Below are positions 42,163 through 53,923 of a stretch of DNA of 64,000 bases, piece after piece. Each line of letters begins with the position of its first letter. Position 1 is the first letter of the stretch. The notes under the pieces were generated by a model. That model did not search any database. It saw only the letters and a list, made by a program, of their open reading frames with translations, and was not told the origin of the DNA. The translations under genes were made by a program, and so were the position numbers. This DNA comes from an uncultured Chroococcidiopsis sp. (GTDB lineage: Bacteria; Cyanobacteriota; Cyanobacteriia; Cyanobacteriales; Chroococcidiopsidaceae), in the NCBI GenBank assembly GCA_964248365.1, contig CAXTYC010000025.1, positions 1-64,000 on the forward strand, read 5' to 3'.

Positions 42163-44085
42163 TTAGACAACAGACAGCTTTTGCTTTTGGGTGCGCCCAG
42201 TATATTCAGCAACAAGTTTTCGGAATTCGTCTCCTTCGATTGTCTCTTGTTCTACCAACAAATCTACTATGCGATCGATTAAAGCACGGTTTTCGCGGAT
42301 GATGGTACGGGCTTGTTGATAGCAACGCGCTGCGATCGCTCTGACAGTGCGATCGATTTCATTTCCCTTTTCTAGAGAGTACTCCGCTCGCTCTCCCCAG
42401 TCTCGACCGAGAAATACTTCGTTTCCAGGGCTTTCTAGCGCCACTGGTCCTAAATCAGACATTCCATAGAGCGTTACCATCTCCCTGGCTAAGTTAGCCA
42501 CCATTTTCAAGTCGCCTGATGCTCCCGTAGTAACTTCGGCATCGCCAAACACCTCAGCTTCTGCTGCTAAGCCACCCAAGGCAATAGTAATCCGATCCAA
42601 CATCCAAGCGCGACTACGCAAATAACTACTATCGACGTTTTCTTCGTCTGGTAAGCTTTGAGCAAAACCACCAATTCCACCAGAACGGGGAATAATCGTG
42701 ACTTTGTTTAATGGATCGGCATTTTTCAGCATAGTGATCAACAAAGCGTGTCCAGCTTCATGATATGCCAGTAGTCGCTTTTTCTTGCTGTCCAATAACG
42801 GAGTTAGGGAGAAACCAATAGTAATACGATCAATTGCATCACTAATTTCCAAAGGTGTAATTGCCTCTTTGCGTCTACGCGCGGTCAAAATTGCTGCTTC
42901 GTTGAGTAAGTTAGCTAAATCTGCACCCGAAAACCCTGGAGTACGCTGTGCAACTCCTTCGAGTGAGACTTCTTCTGACAATTTCTTATTACGGGCGTGG
43001 ACTTGCAAAATTCCCAAACGACCTTTGTAACTCGGCAAATCAACTATTACCTGTCGGTCAAATCTACCTGGACGCAACAGTGCAGCATCTAACACATCTG
43101 GACGGTTGGTAGCAGCAATAATGATGATGCCTGTATTGCCTTCAAACCCGTCCATTTCTGTCAGCAACTGGTTAAGGGTTTGTTCTCTTTCATCATTACC
43201 CCCACCAATTCCGGCTCCTCGTTGTCTACCTACCGCGTCAATTTCATCGATGAAGATCAGACAAGGTGCATTTTCTTTGGCTTTTTTAAATAAGTCGCGG
43301 ACACGGCTTGCACCTACACCCACGAACATCTCGACAAATTCACTACCAGAGATACTAAAAAATGGTACACCAGCTTCACCTGCGATCGCTTTTGCCAGCA
43401 AAGTTTTACCTGTTCCTGGTGGTCCTACTAGTAGCACACCTTTGGGAATTCGCGCCCCTACAGCCGTAAATTTTTCTGGCTGTTTCAGGAAAGTTACTAC
43501 TTCAGATAGTTCTTCTTTAGCTTCGTTGATCCCCGCTACATCGTCAAATTTTACGCCTGTTTTGGCTTCCATTTGGAATCTAGCGCGCGATTTTCCGAAG
43601 TTTAGGGCTTGATTAGAAGAATTAGTTGAGCGCCGTAGCATTAACAACATTAAAGCCATCAAAGGCACAATCCACAGTAAATTAGCCAACAGCCCCATAG
43701 CAGCTCTACTGTCTGCTGAAGAATTTATCTCTAGCTCGACTTTGCTAGCACGAGCTTTTTCAATTAGCTCTGGGTTTTGCTGCAACAATGGCACTGTTTT
43801 TGCTGGCTCAGTCGGCTTTTGTCCCTTTAGTTGCACTTTTGCTATGTTTTCCGCTGGATCAAGCTCAATTTTGGTTACTTTGCCATTCTCAATACTGCGT
43901 AACAATTCACCATAATTTAACGAATTAGGATCTTCTTTTTGCGCTAGTGCCGGGGTAGCTACAACCATTGACTGAAATATCAGGCAACTAGCTGCCAAAT
44001 TCCACAGCCATCCCTTTGCCTTGCTAGTTACATTGCTACTTGCTGGTTGCTGACCAATTGATGCTAGTTTGCGCGAACCTCTCAT
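42163..44085 (-). CDS. ftsH: ATP-dependent zinc metalloprotease FtsH
   Basis: [26 protein letters not shown]. Confidence 0.97.
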   Translation of the reverse strand: MRGSRKLASIGQQPASSNVTSKAKGWLWNLAASCLIFQSMVVATPALAQKEDPNSLNYGELLRSIENGKVTKIELDPAENIAKVQLKGQKPTEPAKTVPLLQQNPELIEKARASKVELEINSSADSRAAMGLLANLLWIVPLMALMLLMLRRSTNSSNQALNFGKSRARFQMEAKTGVKFDDVAGINEAKEELSEVVTFLKQPEKFTAVGARIPKGVLLVGPPGTGKTLLAKAIAGEAGVPFFSISGSEFVEMFVGVGASRVRDLFKKAKENAPCLIFIDEIDAVGRQRGAGIGGGNDEREQTLNQLLTEMDGFEGNTGIIIIAATNRPDVLDAALLRPGRFDRQVIVDLPSYKGRLGILQVHARNKKLSEEVSLEGVAQRTPGFSGADLANLLNEAAILTARRRKEAITPLEISDAIDRITIGFSLTPLLDSKKKRLLAYHEAGHALLITMLKNADPLNKVTIIPRSGGIGGFAQSLPDEENVDSSYLRSRAWMLDRITIALGGLAAEAEVFGDAEVTTGASGDLKMVANLAREMVTLYGMSDLGPVALESPGNEVFLGRDWGERAEYSLEKGNEIDRTVRAIAARCYQQARTIIRENRALIDRIVDLLVEQETIEGDEFRKLVAEYTGRTQKQKLSVV

Positions 44086-44427
44086 ATTTAATCGCCCTCT
44101 GTCTGCTACCTTGAGCCGAACACTATTTTGGAAATTCAAAACGACAGGTAGCGCCCTACCTTCGCTTTGCCCCAGTAGAGACGCAATATATCGCGTCTTG
44201 TACAAATCTTCCAAAATCTAGTGTAACTTCCTTGACCTAGCCACCGTTGGTTATGTTTCTCCAAATAGTTCCTCAATCTCTGGATAGAAGATTCTCTTAA
44301 TTGGCATGGACTTCAATTGGACAAGCGGAAGATACAAATTGCTATAATTAAATCATACTCATAATGACTACACTTTGCAACAAATTCAAATTGATGAACC
44401 TCACACCTTGCACCAAAACAGGTAGAA

Positions 44428-44475
44428 CCTCTCGGCTCTCGTTCCCTGGCTGATCAAGGGAACGAGAGCCGAGGG
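44428..44475. repeat. CTCGTTCCC-family palindromic repeat
   Basis: CTCGGCTCTCGTTCCC ... GGGAACGAGAGCCGAG. Related copies at about 5122, 17190, 35958 and 37657. Confidence 0.65.
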
Positions 44476-44583
44476 TGGGGCGCATATAGCTAATGGTGAG
44501 ATTTCACAAAAGGGGCAGCGGATTGCTATAGAACGTTTCAACAAAAGACAATAATTCTCAACACTATCAAAAGGATCAAAGTA

Positions 44584-45129
44584 ATGGTCAAAATTGTTGG
44601 TATTGGCGGTAGCTTACGACAAAACTCCTACAGCCAACTAGCTCTCAATGTAGCTGCTAGCAGAGTGGAAGCTCTAGGGGCGCAAATGGAAATTCTGGAT
44701 TTAAGGCAAATGCAGCTACCATTTTGTAATGGAGAAGAAGAATATGCAGGCTATCCTGATCTAGAGCGGTTGCGAAATACAGTCAAACAAGCAGATGGTT
44801 TAATTCTATCGACACCAGAGTATCACGGCAGCATTAGCGGTGTCTTGAAAAATGCCCTAGATTTAATGGACTTTGAACAACTCGACGGCAAAGTCGCCGG
44901 ATTAATTAGTGTTTTGGGTGGTCAACCTAACAGCAATGCACTCAATGACCTAAGATTAATTATGCGCTGGGTACACGCTTGGGTAATTCCTGAACAAATT
45001 GCGATTGGACAATCTTGGAAAGCCTTCGATCCAGCAGGTAAGCTGCTCGATGAAAAACTCTCCCAGCGTTTCGATGCTTTTGCTCAAAGTTTAGTTGAAA
45101 ATACCCGCAAACTTCGAGGGATCAATTGA
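44584..45129 (+). CDS. NADPH-dependent FMN reductase
   Basis: GSLR..S, TPEYHGS.SG.LKNALD. Confidence 0.92.
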   Translation: MVKIVGIGGSLRQNSYSQLALNVAASRVEALGAQMEILDLRQMQLPFCNGEEEYAGYPDLERLRNTVKQADGLILSTPEYHGSISGVLKNALDLMDFEQLDGKVAGLISVLGGQPNSNALNDLRLIMRWVHAWVIPEQIAIGQSWKAFDPAGKLLDEKLSQRFDAFAQSLVENTRKLRGIN

Positions 45130-45307
45130 AGGGGCGAGGGGCGAGGGTAAAGGGTAAAGGATAAAGGTTGAAGGTTGAAGGATAAAGGGTAAAGGGGTAA
45201 GGGAAAAGGAAATTCGACATTCGAAATTGATAATTTTCCCCTTGTCCCCTTGTCCCCTTGTCCCCTCTCCCTACTCCCTACTCCCTACTCCCTACTCCCT
45301 ACTCCCT
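45130..45307. repeat. Composite STRR tract (AAGGGTA, GTCCCCTT, ACTCCCT units)
   Basis: Tandem heptamers and octamers between convergent genes. Confidence 0.8.
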
Positions 45308-46450
45308 TTAATGATGATGATGCCCGTCGTGGTGATGATGATGGTGATGGTGTGGAGCTACAGCTAGCCCCAGATTAACTGAAACCGCTTGCTCGGATAA
45401 TAGCTCGGCAATATGGGAATCTGCCCACTGTGCCGCCATTTGGAGAAAATCAGGGTGATCATTCACACAAGCCATTTGCACGTAGTTTACTTTCGGGTAC
45501 TTGCGTTGTAGATTGTGTATGATGTGGTCTACATCTAATAGGGTTTCGTGATTTTCTGTGGCAAAACCGATTGGCATAAACACAACTGCTTTTGCACCCA
45601 AATCAATCAAGTTCTTTGCCGCTAAGAAAGCATTGGGCTGCGTCCATTCAATTAGGGGTGTATCATGGTTGAGCCAGCCAACTGAAATTAGAGGATAGCG
45701 GTTGATCAGCTTGTCTCGTACCAAATCGTAGAGAGCCTGACTTTCGGTAATGCCAGAAGTGAATCCCTTGGCTTTGTGAGGACAGCCGTGATTCATCAGC
45801 ACTATACCAATTTGAGAAGGTAGGTAAGCTGCTGCTAAATCAGAGGCAATTTTTTCTTCAACTAAATCTGCCATTAAATCGATGTATTTTGGTTCGTTGT
45901 AAAACGAAGGGATATAGCGCTGTCCTTTAACCCAATGTTCCTCACCATCAGCTAGCTTTGCTAAGGCATTGTTGACTTGCTCAACAGCGATACCACTGGT
46001 GAAGATGGAATCTACAACTAATAGAGGATAGATTAGCAGCTTGTCAAATCCTTGTTCCTTGATTTCTGTCAGCACCTGTTCTGGTAGGAAGGGAGCGCAG
46101 AAGTTGAAGGCTTTGAATACCTTAACTTGCTCTCCCCACTTTGCCTGCAAGTTTTTCTCAATTCCTGCCCGTTGCTGTTCAAAAATAGCATTATGAGGTG
46201 AAACAAATTTGTTATGTTGATGACTCCACTCATGTAAGTCAAACATTGCCAAAAGCTTTGCCAAAGGTGGATAAATCCACGTTGGCACTGGTGCAAACTT
46301 AGCTGTAAGTAGATTCAATGCCTGTTCATTGTAGTTAGCGAAGTCTTCATAACTCTCAACTTCTCCATAACCCATGAGCAGGACTGCAATTCGGTCTTTG
46401 GCAGAATTTTGTGTGAATGTCGGTTGTTGCTTTTCAGGAATGGCTACCAA
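45308..46450 (-). CDS. Ferrochelatase-family (class II chelatase) protein with a His-rich tail
   Basis: LLMGYG, NHG, W..P, PIGFATENHETL.DVD; C-terminus HHHHHHHDGHHHH; no CAB domain. Likely TTG start at 46450. Confidence 0.8.
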   Translation of the reverse strand: MVAIPEKQQPTFTQNSAKDRIAVLLMGYGEVESYEDFANYNEQALNLLTAKFAPVPTWIYPPLAKLLAMFDLHEWSHQHNKFVSPHNAIFEQQRAGIEKNLQAKWGEQVKVFKAFNFCAPFLPEQVLTEIKEQGFDKLLIYPLLVVDSIFTSGIAVEQVNNALAKLADGEEHWVKGQRYIPSFYNEPKYIDLMADLVEEKIASDLAAAYLPSQIGIVLMNHGCPHKAKGFTSGITESQALYDLVRDKLINRYPLISVGWLNHDTPLIEWTQPNAFLAAKNLIDLGAKAVVFMPIGFATENHETLLDVDHIIHNLQRKYPKVNYVQMACVNDHPDFLQMAAQWADSHIAELLSEQAVSVNLGLAVAPHHHHHHHHDGHHHH

Positions 46451-46733
46451 TTTAATTTCCTCACCTGGATAGATGTTGTAAGTCAAAGCTTTAGGTACTG
46501 TGAGGTAAAAATTTGATACTTCGCTACTGCTTCCAGTACCCATACACTGACTAGCTTAACATCCCCTACAGGGGGACTAGTATATACTTCAGGCAAAAAT
46601 AAAATTTTCTTTGTGAAAGCACAGGGGCAGGGGAGCAGGGAGATCAGGCGTTGCTGGGGGAGCAGGGGGAGAAATTTCAATCTAAAATCCAAAATTCCCC
46701 TAGCCCTAGCCCCTAGCCCTAGCGCCCTTAAGT

Positions 46734-49700
46734 TCAAGTGGCAGCGATCGCGCGATCGCGTCCTTGTTGCTTTGCCTGATACAATGCCGTATCAGCAGCT
46801 TTTAAGATTGTTTCTGGCTCCCGTCCATGATCGGGGAAGCAAGCAACTCCCATAGACACAGCCAAAGCACCTAGTAAGTTACCGGAACATTCTATATTCA
46901 GTTGCTTAACTGCGGCTCGAATTTGCTCAGCACGTCGTAGAGTCACACTTAAAGACGCTTCCGGTAGAATCAACGTAAATTCTTCACCGCCATAGCGACA
47001 AGCAATATCTGAACCGCGCACATATCTTTGTAATAACCTCCCTATCTCGCGCAGTACAGCATCTCCAGCATCGTGACCAAAAGTGTCATTAATGCGTTTA
47101 AAGTGATCGACATCCAGCATGATGATCGAGAGTGGTTGCCCCTTGCGATCGGATCTTCGTATTTCCCTTGCTAGGGATTCTTCCATGTAACGCCGATTGA
47201 ATAGCCCAGTCAAGCCATCACGCACACTCTGATGGTGTAGCGTTTCGCGCAGTTTTAAGTTTGCCAAAGCCAACGCAATATGTTCCGCCACCGTCGTAGC
47301 TAGCTGCTGTTTAGCTGGTGTTAAGCTGCCACTTTCTAAAGAACTTAGGTAAAGCACACCCAGCGCTTCTCCTTGTGCCATCATCGGCACGCAGAGAGAT
47401 TCAGCAGGCAAAGCGTGGTGTAAATGTTTGCACAGCAAACCGTTGTCAGTATCATCTACCCAATGAGGTTTACCCCGCCGCAGTCCCCAACAATCAGTCG
47501 GTGTAAATGACTTGAGATCTTCCACTAGGGGTACACCCCAGCTTGCAACTGGTTCTACCAAGTTTTTTCCAGCACCAATCAAAAAAATTCCTCCAGATGC
47601 CGCCGGAAAGAGCGGCTGCACAAGCTGAGCTAGTGTAGTGCAAGCTTCTTCTACCGTCAGACAAGCTTGCAAGAAATCACTCATTTCGCTGAGTAAGGTG
47701 ATCTCGCGGTTACGCTGTTTGAGTTCGTTCACCCAGCCGCTAAGTTGCTGATTGGCATGCACAGAGGCAGCCTCTGCTTGCTTGCGTTCAGTCACATCAA
47801 TTCCAGAGGCAATTAGATGGCTGACTTTGCCTGTCGAGTCAAACATCGGGGTAAGGGCAAAGTCAATCATGATAAACTTATTTTCACCGATTCGCCCTTT
47901 CACCTCATAGCGCACCCTTTTACCCCCGCTCACCTGCTCAATCGCTGTTTGCATTTGAGCTTGCACGGCACTTGAGTAAGACCACCAGTATGTCTCGGTT
48001 AGCCTCAGTCCTAACACATCTTGAGGTTGTACAGAGGCTGCCTCCAAAAGTGCCTGATTCGCCTCAATCAGAGTGCCATCCTTGGTGAGAACAGCCACGA
48101 AAGTAAATAAGCTGTTGATCACATTTCGCAAATGCTGTTCACTGCTACGCAGGGCTTCAGAGGCAAAGGAGTGTTCTGTAATGTCGATACCACTAGCGAT
48201 CGCATATTCAACTGCACCATTGCGATCGCGTAAAGTAGTATTAGACCAAGCAATGCGACGGCGACTGCCATCTGCCGTTAGTAAGAAATTTTCATACTCG
48301 TTTGCAGCTTCACTGGTTAGCAGCTTTGACCAATGATTTTTGGCTATTTGTGCTTCGGTTGGAAGTGAGAATAACTCCCAGAAGTACTTGCCCTTCACCT
48401 GTGCCAAAGAGTAACCTGTTGTTTGCTCACAAGCGCGGTTAAAACGGATAATTCTGCCTTGCGGATCAAGCACTACAACCAAAGCGCCTACGGTATGTAG
48501 AATAGCGTCAGTGAAATCGCGCTCTTGCTCTAAAGCTGTTTCCGACTGCTTGCGATCGCATATCTCCTGATAGGTTAAATAGTACACACTGGCAAGAATC
48601 AAAAAATTCAGGCAGATCCCCGCCGAAAAAGACAAAACTGAGTTATGGGTTTTTGCTAATTCGTCTTGGGATCGCTTTTGCAGCAGCGCATTTTCAGTTT
48701 TCTCTAGATCACCCAGTATCACGTCAATTTCTTGGCTGACGTTTTTTGCCTTTTGCTTCTCTAGTACCTGCGATGCAACCTTAACTAAGTTAATCTTGCT
48801 TTTAGGTGTCTGCTCAATTTCAATAAATCTCTTAATTAGAGGTTTCAAAGTAGCTAGTCGGCGATACTGCTGAGAATTATTAATAGTTTCTTGCTTTAAC
48901 AATGCAATTTTTAAATCAATCTCTTTTTCTAGCTCATCATAATAAGGTTCTAGATAGCTAGCTTGTCCAGCCGTCGCAACATAGCGAGCTTGAGCAATTG
49001 TTGCCTTTTGGATGAGAGCATGAAGATCTTTTATATTGTCTAGCACTTGATAGTGTTGAATTTGCCAGTTATCGTTCTGAACTAAATTAGTCAAACTGCG
49101 ATACGAAACCAAACCAACGCCAATCAAAATTGCTGACGCTAAACCCAACCCAGCAGCCATGCGGGTGAAAAAATACTTGCTTTTTCGCCTGCATGGCTGC
49201 TTAATCTCAATAGATTCTACTTTACTTGCTGACTGCCTCAACTCCAGTAGCTTGACAACCTGACGACTTAATGTACGCAGCGCCTCTACTTGCTGGAAAT
49301 TGATTTCTCGTGGTACATAGTCAATTACACAGAGCGTTCCTAGGGCTTGATTATCAGATGTAATTAGAGGTACACCAGCATAAAACTGAATATGAGGTTG
49401 AGAAATCACCAGCGGATTTGTAGCGAACCTTTCATCGGTTAAAGTATTGGGAATAATCAAAATATCTTTTTGCCCAATCGTATGAGCGCATAAGGCTAAA
49501 TCACGCTCTATTGAAGTTTTCTCCCAACCCACCTTTGCCTTGAACCACTGGCGGTTAGAGTCAATTAAACTAATTAAGGCAATGGGAGTGCCACAAATCA
49601 AGGCGGCTAACTGCGCGATCTCGTCAAATTCTTTTTCTGCTGGGGTGTCGAGAATATTACACTGGTAGAGGGCTGCCAGACGAGCTACTTCCTGGGGCTG

Positions 49701-49781
49701 GGAAACATTGCTGCAAATTTTTTTGGTTTTTGATAAAAGATACTTTGGGGCATAGAGCCGTTGGGATGCGGCAGTAATCAT
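46734..49781 (-). CDS. Sensor diguanylate cyclase (GAF-TM-CHASE3-like-TM-PAS-PAS-GAF-GGDEF)
   Basis: DGLTGLFNRR, DVDHFK.IND..GH, RGSD I-site, GGEEF. Confidence 0.9.
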   Translation of the reverse strand: MITAASQRLYAPKYLLSKTKKICSNVSQPQEVARLAALYQCNILDTPAEKEFDEIAQLAALICGTPIALISLIDSNRQWFKAKVGWEKTSIERDLALCAHTIGQKDILIIPNTLTDERFATNPLVISQPHIQFYAGVPLITSDNQALGTLCVIDYVPREINFQQVEALRTLSRQVVKLLELRQSASKVESIEIKQPCRRKSKYFFTRMAAGLGLASAILIGVGLVSYRSLTNLVQNDNWQIQHYQVLDNIKDLHALIQKATIAQARYVATAGQASYLEPYYDELEKEIDLKIALLKQETINNSQQYRRLATLKPLIKRFIEIEQTPKSKINLVKVASQVLEKQKAKNVSQEIDVILGDLEKTENALLQKRSQDELAKTHNSVLSFSAGICLNFLILASVYYLTYQEICDRKQSETALEQERDFTDAILHTVGALVVVLDPQGRIIRFNRACEQTTGYSLAQVKGKYFWELFSLPTEAQIAKNHWSKLLTSEAANEYENFLLTADGSRRRIAWSNTTLRDRNGAVEYAIASGIDITEHSFASEALRSSEQHLRNVINSLFTFVAVLTKDGTLIEANQALLEAASVQPQDVLGLRLTETYWWSYSSAVQAQMQTAIEQVSGGKRVRYEVKGRIGENKFIMIDFALTPMFDSTGKVSHLIASGIDVTERKQAEAASVHANQQLSGWVNELKQRNREITLLSEMSDFLQACLTVEEACTTLAQLVQPLFPAASGGIFLIGAGKNLVEPVASWGVPLVEDLKSFTPTDCWGLRRGKPHWVDDTDNGLLCKHLHHALPAESLCVPMMAQGEALGVLYLSSLESGSLTPAKQQLATTVAEHIALALANLKLRETLHHQSVRDGLTGLFNRRYMEESLAREIRRSDRKGQPLSIIMLDVDHFKRINDTFGHDAGDAVLREIGRLLQRYVRGSDIACRYGGEEFTLILPEASLSVTLRRAEQIRAAVKQLNIECSGNLLGALAVSMGVACFPDHGREPETILKAADTALYQAKQQGRDRAIAAT

Positions 49782-49897
49782 CTAGACTCTAGATACTTGA
49801 AAAACAAGGTTTGTATTCTTTAAAGTTTCGTAGCGTAGGGCAAAAGTTACTACAGTAGGAACACTGAAAGACTATTAAAACTTTCTTAATTAGACTG

Positions 49898-50467
49898 ATG
49901 AAAGTGCTGATTTGTCCGGGAATTCACGCTCCCGCTTTAACTGAGGAACTTTTGGCAAGTTTAAAGTCAAGTTTTCCTGCCGACTCAAACTGGCGTAAGC
50001 CAGAAAATATACTGGTTTTTTCCGCTCAAAACACTTACTTGTCTTTATCCACATTTCATATCTTGCAGTTTATGCAAGAAAGTCTAGGTAGTCCAACTGC
50101 TACATCACCAGTGGTATTTATCGGCTTTAGTGCAGGTGTGGTAGGCGCAGTAGGCGCTGCTTGGGGTTGGCAGCTGATGGGAGGCAAGGTTAAAGCTTTG
50201 ATTGCTCTAGATGGCTGGCTTGTACCGCTTGGAGGCAATTTTCCTCTTCATCGTCTCAGTCATGATTTTTTTACTCATTGGAGTTCATCAATGCTGGGTA
50301 GTGGAACGGATAGTTTTTATGCCGAGCCACCTGTAGAGCATTTGACACTGTGGCGATCGCCCGCAAAAGTTACAGGCTGGTGGATAAAATCAGATGGAAT
50401 ACAACCCCCAAGGCGCATGACTGCTGCCGAGTTTTTGATTATGCTTTTAAATCGTTATGAAGAATGA
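49898..50467 (+). CDS. Hypothetical protein, alpha/beta-hydrolase-like
   Basis: PGIH, GFSAG, ALDGW, SHD..TH. Confidence 0.7.
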   Translation: MKVLICPGIHAPALTEELLASLKSSFPADSNWRKPENILVFSAQNTYLSLSTFHILQFMQESLGSPTATSPVVFIGFSAGVVGAVGAAWGWQLMGGKVKALIALDGWLVPLGGNFPLHRLSHDFFTHWSSSMLGSGTDSFYAEPPVEHLTLWRSPAKVTGWWIKSDGIQPPRRMTAAEFLIMLLNRYEE

Positions 50468-50632
50468 ATTGGGGAAAGGGAAATCAGTTATCAGTTACCA
50501 GTTACCAGTTACCAGTTAAAAGAAAAGGTAAAAGGTAATTTCTCCCTTGCCCCCTTGCCCCCCTCTTCCCCCCAACCCCACTTGGTGGGGACTCCGAGTC
50601 CCCCCTGCTCCCCTGCCCTCTTCTAGCCCCTA

Positions 50633-51898
50633 ATGCCTGCGATGTTGCCTACTGAACCACCATCTACTAATAACGGATTCCGAGCGTTACTAAAAAATCG
50701 TCCTTTCCTGATCCTGTGGATTGGGCAACTTTTGTCGCAAATTGCAGATAAAATCTTTTTCATTTTGCTGATTGCTTTGCTCGATAAGTACCACACACCT
50801 TCGAGTATGGCAAACTCCATGCGCTCAATCCTGATGGTGGTATTTACAATCCCAGCCATTTTATTTGGCTCAGCTGGTGGCATCTTTGTAGATCGCTTCA
50901 GTAAAAAACAAGTGCTAGTTGTCTCTGATGTGATTCGAGGCTTATTGACACTAGCAATTCCTTGGCTACCTAGAGAATTCATAATTTTACTAGTCTTGAC
51001 ATTTGTGATATCTACTGTTACGCAGTTTTTCGCTCCAGCTGAGCAAGCTGCTATCCCTCTTTTAGTCAGAAAAGAGAATTTAATGGCAGCTAATGCCTTA
51101 TTTACTACCACAATGATGGGAGCGTTAATTGTAGGCTTTATCGTTGGGGAGCCAATGTTAAGCCTAGCTAGCCTGTGGAGTGAAAATTATGGAGAAGAAA
51201 CAGTAGTTGGCGGCTTGTACTTGTTAGCGGCGGCGATCATGCAGCTAATTCCCATTAAAGAAGCCCGTCTGGATGCGGATCAAATAGCGAAAATTAATCC
51301 TTTGAGTGACCTAAAAGCAGGATTGCGTTATCTCAGGAAAAATCGTCTAATTTGGAATGCGATGTTACAGATTACAATTCTCTACTCGGTCTTTGCTGCC
51401 TTAACTGTGTTAACAATTGACTTGGCAGCAGAAATAGGTCTGAAATCTACCCAATTTGGCTTTTTATTAGCAGCTGCTGGGGTGGGTATGGTATTTGGGG
51501 CAGCAATTTTGGGACACGCAGGCGAAAGATTCCACCACAAACCTTTACCCTTAATTGGGTTTTTGAGTATGGCATTTGTCCTAGGTGTTTTCACTTTTGT
51601 CAACAACCTATGGCTAGGATTTGGACTGTGTGCTTTATTGGGGATGGGAGCATCACTAATCGGAGTGCCAATGCAAACCCTGATTCAGCAGCAAACCCCA
51701 CCCGATATGCATGGCAAAGTATTTGGGTTTCAAAACAATGCTGTGAATATTGCTTTGAGTGCGCCATTGGCGATCGCAGGACCCCTCACCGATGCGATCG
51801 GCTTACGTAGTGTTTTAATCGGAATGAGCGCTTTAGTTACCCTAGTAGGTGTTTGGGCTTGGCAAAATACACGCCGCGTTCTACGGGATGTGATTTAA
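50633..51898 (+). CDS. MFS transporter
   Basis: About 12 TM segments; G.FVDRF.KK motif. Confidence 0.92.
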   Translation: MPAMLPTEPPSTNNGFRALLKNRPFLILWIGQLLSQIADKIFFILLIALLDKYHTPSSMANSMRSILMVVFTIPAILFGSAGGIFVDRFSKKQVLVVSDVIRGLLTLAIPWLPREFIILLVLTFVISTVTQFFAPAEQAAIPLLVRKENLMAANALFTTTMMGALIVGFIVGEPMLSLASLWSENYGEETVVGGLYLLAAAIMQLIPIKEARLDADQIAKINPLSDLKAGLRYLRKNRLIWNAMLQITILYSVFAALTVLTIDLAAEIGLKSTQFGFLLAAAGVGMVFGAAILGHAGERFHHKPLPLIGFLSMAFVLGVFTFVNNLWLGFGLCALLGMGASLIGVPMQTLIQQQTPPDMHGKVFGFQNNAVNIALSAPLAIAGPLTDAIGLRSVLIGMSALVTLVGVWAWQNTRRVLRDVI

Positions 51899-52018
51899 GA
51901 GGTGAGAGCCTCTAGCCTAAGCGCCCCTCAGATATGACCAAACAATAACAATAAAATAAAAAATATAATTAAAAAGCATCTTAAAATACAGATATTCCAC
52001 TAATAAACTAGCCACTGC

Positions 52019-53923
52019 GTGAGGTTTCCTGTGCGAGCATCGCGGTTCCAAAATGCTTCCCTAAAACACCAACGTCAAACACTTTCAGAAGTTTCTGGTT
52101 CGCCAATAGTAGCGCCAAGACGTGCAACCGGAGCTTTCGCTCTGATTGACAGTCTGCGGCGACACGGAGTTGAGCATATTTTTGGCTATCCCGGTGGGAC
52201 GATTTTACCGATTTACGATGAACTGTATCGCGCCGAAGCAGCAGGCGGGATTGCGCATATTCTGGTAAGACACGAACAAGGTGCAGCTCATGCGGCTGAC
52301 GGTTATGCCCGTGCCACAGGTAAGGTAGGTGTGTGCTTCGCTACTTCTGGTCCTGGGGCAACTAACTTGGTAACGGGAATCGCTACAGCTCACATGGACT
52401 CGATCCCAATGGTGGTCGTCACAGGGCAGGTTTCGCGTGCAGTAATTGGTACTGATGCATTTCAGGAAACAGATATCTATGGCATCACACTGCCAATTGT
52501 CAAGCATTCCTATGTTGTACGCGATGCCAAAGATATGGCGCGGATAGTGGCGGAAGCGTTCTACATCGCTAGCACGGGGCGACCTGGACCAGTTTTAATT
52601 GATGTACCGAAAGATGTAGGCTTAGAGGAATTTGATTATATACCAGTCGAACCAGGATCGGTGAAGTTACCTGGGTATCGTCCCACAGTGAAAGGAAATC
52701 CGCGTCAAATTGCCCAAGCTGTGCAGCTACTGCGGGAAAGCCGCCGCCCTTTGCTGTATGTGGGTGGAGGAGCGATCGCATCTAATTCCCATGCAGAAAT
52801 TGGGCAATTGGCAGAGTTATTCAACATCCCTGTCACCACAACTCTAATGGGCAAGGGTGTGTTTGATGAAAATCATCCCTTAGCTTTAGGAATGTTGGGG
52901 ATGCACGGCACGGCTTATGCTAACTTTGCCGTGAGTGAGTGTGACTTGCTAATTGCCGTCGGTGCAAGATTTGATGACCGCGTAACGGGTAAGTTAGATG
53001 AATTTGCTTCCCGCGCCAAAGTCATTCACATTGATATCGATCCAGCTGAGGTTGGGAAAAACCGTGCGCCAGAAGTGCCAATCGTAGGCGATGTGCGTAA
53101 AGTATTGATTGACTTACTACATCGATGTCAAGATATCTCGGTTGCTCCTAACCAAACTCAAGAATGGCTAAATCGAATTAACCGTTGGCGTGAAGATTAT
53201 CCCCTAGTTGTACCCCATCATGCCGATAGTTTGTCACCGCAAGAGGTGATTGTAGAACTGAGTCGCCAAGCACCCCAGGCTTACTACACCACAGACGTAG
53301 GTCAGCATCAAATGTGGTCGGCGCAATTCCTCAAAAATGGTCCCCGTCGCTGGATTTCCAGTGCAGGATTAGGCACAATGGGTTACGGCTTGCCAGCTGC
53401 AATGGGCGCTAAGATGGCGTTGCCCCATGAAGAAGTCATCTGTGTCAGTGGTGATTCTAGTTTCCAAATGAATTTGCAGGAGCTAGGTACATTAGCACAA
53501 TATGGCATTAATGTCAAGACTGTAATTATCAACAACGGCTGGCAGGGAATGGTGCGCCAGTGGCAACAAGCGTTCTACGAGGAGCGTTACTCATCCTCGA
53601 ATATGCAAGCAGCAATGCCAGATTTTGAGTTACTGGCAAAAGCGTATGGCATTAAGGCTATAACGATCCGCAGTCGGGATGAATTAAAGGATGCGATCGC
53701 CCAAATGCTAGCTCATAATGGTCCAGTCTTGGTAGATGCTCACGTTACCAAAGACGAAAACTGTTACCCAATGGTAGCCCCAGGCAAAAACAACTCGCAA
53801 ATGATCGGTTTACCAAAACAGCCCAAAGAAGAAAAAGCACAAGAAACGATTCATTGCAACAACTGCGGTGCTAAAAACACCTCCACTCACAACTTCTGCC
53901 CCGAATGTGGCACAAAGCTGTAG
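52019..53923 (+). CDS. ilvB: Acetolactate synthase large subunit with a C-terminal zinc ribbon
   Basis: [28 protein letters not shown]; tail CNNC..CPECG. Confidence 0.96.
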   Translation: MRFPVRASRFQNASLKHQRQTLSEVSGSPIVAPRRATGAFALIDSLRRHGVEHIFGYPGGTILPIYDELYRAEAAGGIAHILVRHEQGAAHAADGYARATGKVGVCFATSGPGATNLVTGIATAHMDSIPMVVVTGQVSRAVIGTDAFQETDIYGITLPIVKHSYVVRDAKDMARIVAEAFYIASTGRPGPVLIDVPKDVGLEEFDYIPVEPGSVKLPGYRPTVKGNPRQIAQAVQLLRESRRPLLYVGGGAIASNSHAEIGQLAELFNIPVTTTLMGKGVFDENHPLALGMLGMHGTAYANFAVSECDLLIAVGARFDDRVTGKLDEFASRAKVIHIDIDPAEVGKNRAPEVPIVGDVRKVLIDLLHRCQDISVAPNQTQEWLNRINRWREDYPLVVPHHADSLSPQEVIVELSRQAPQAYYTTDVGQHQMWSAQFLKNGPRRWISSAGLGTMGYGLPAAMGAKMALPHEEVICVSGDSSFQMNLQELGTLAQYGINVKTVIINNGWQGMVRQWQQAFYEERYSSSNMQAAMPDFELLAKAYGIKAITIRSRDELKDAIAQMLAHNGPVLVDAHVTKDENCYPMVAPGKNNSQMIGLPKQPKEEKAQETIHCNNCGAKNTSTHNFCPECGTKL

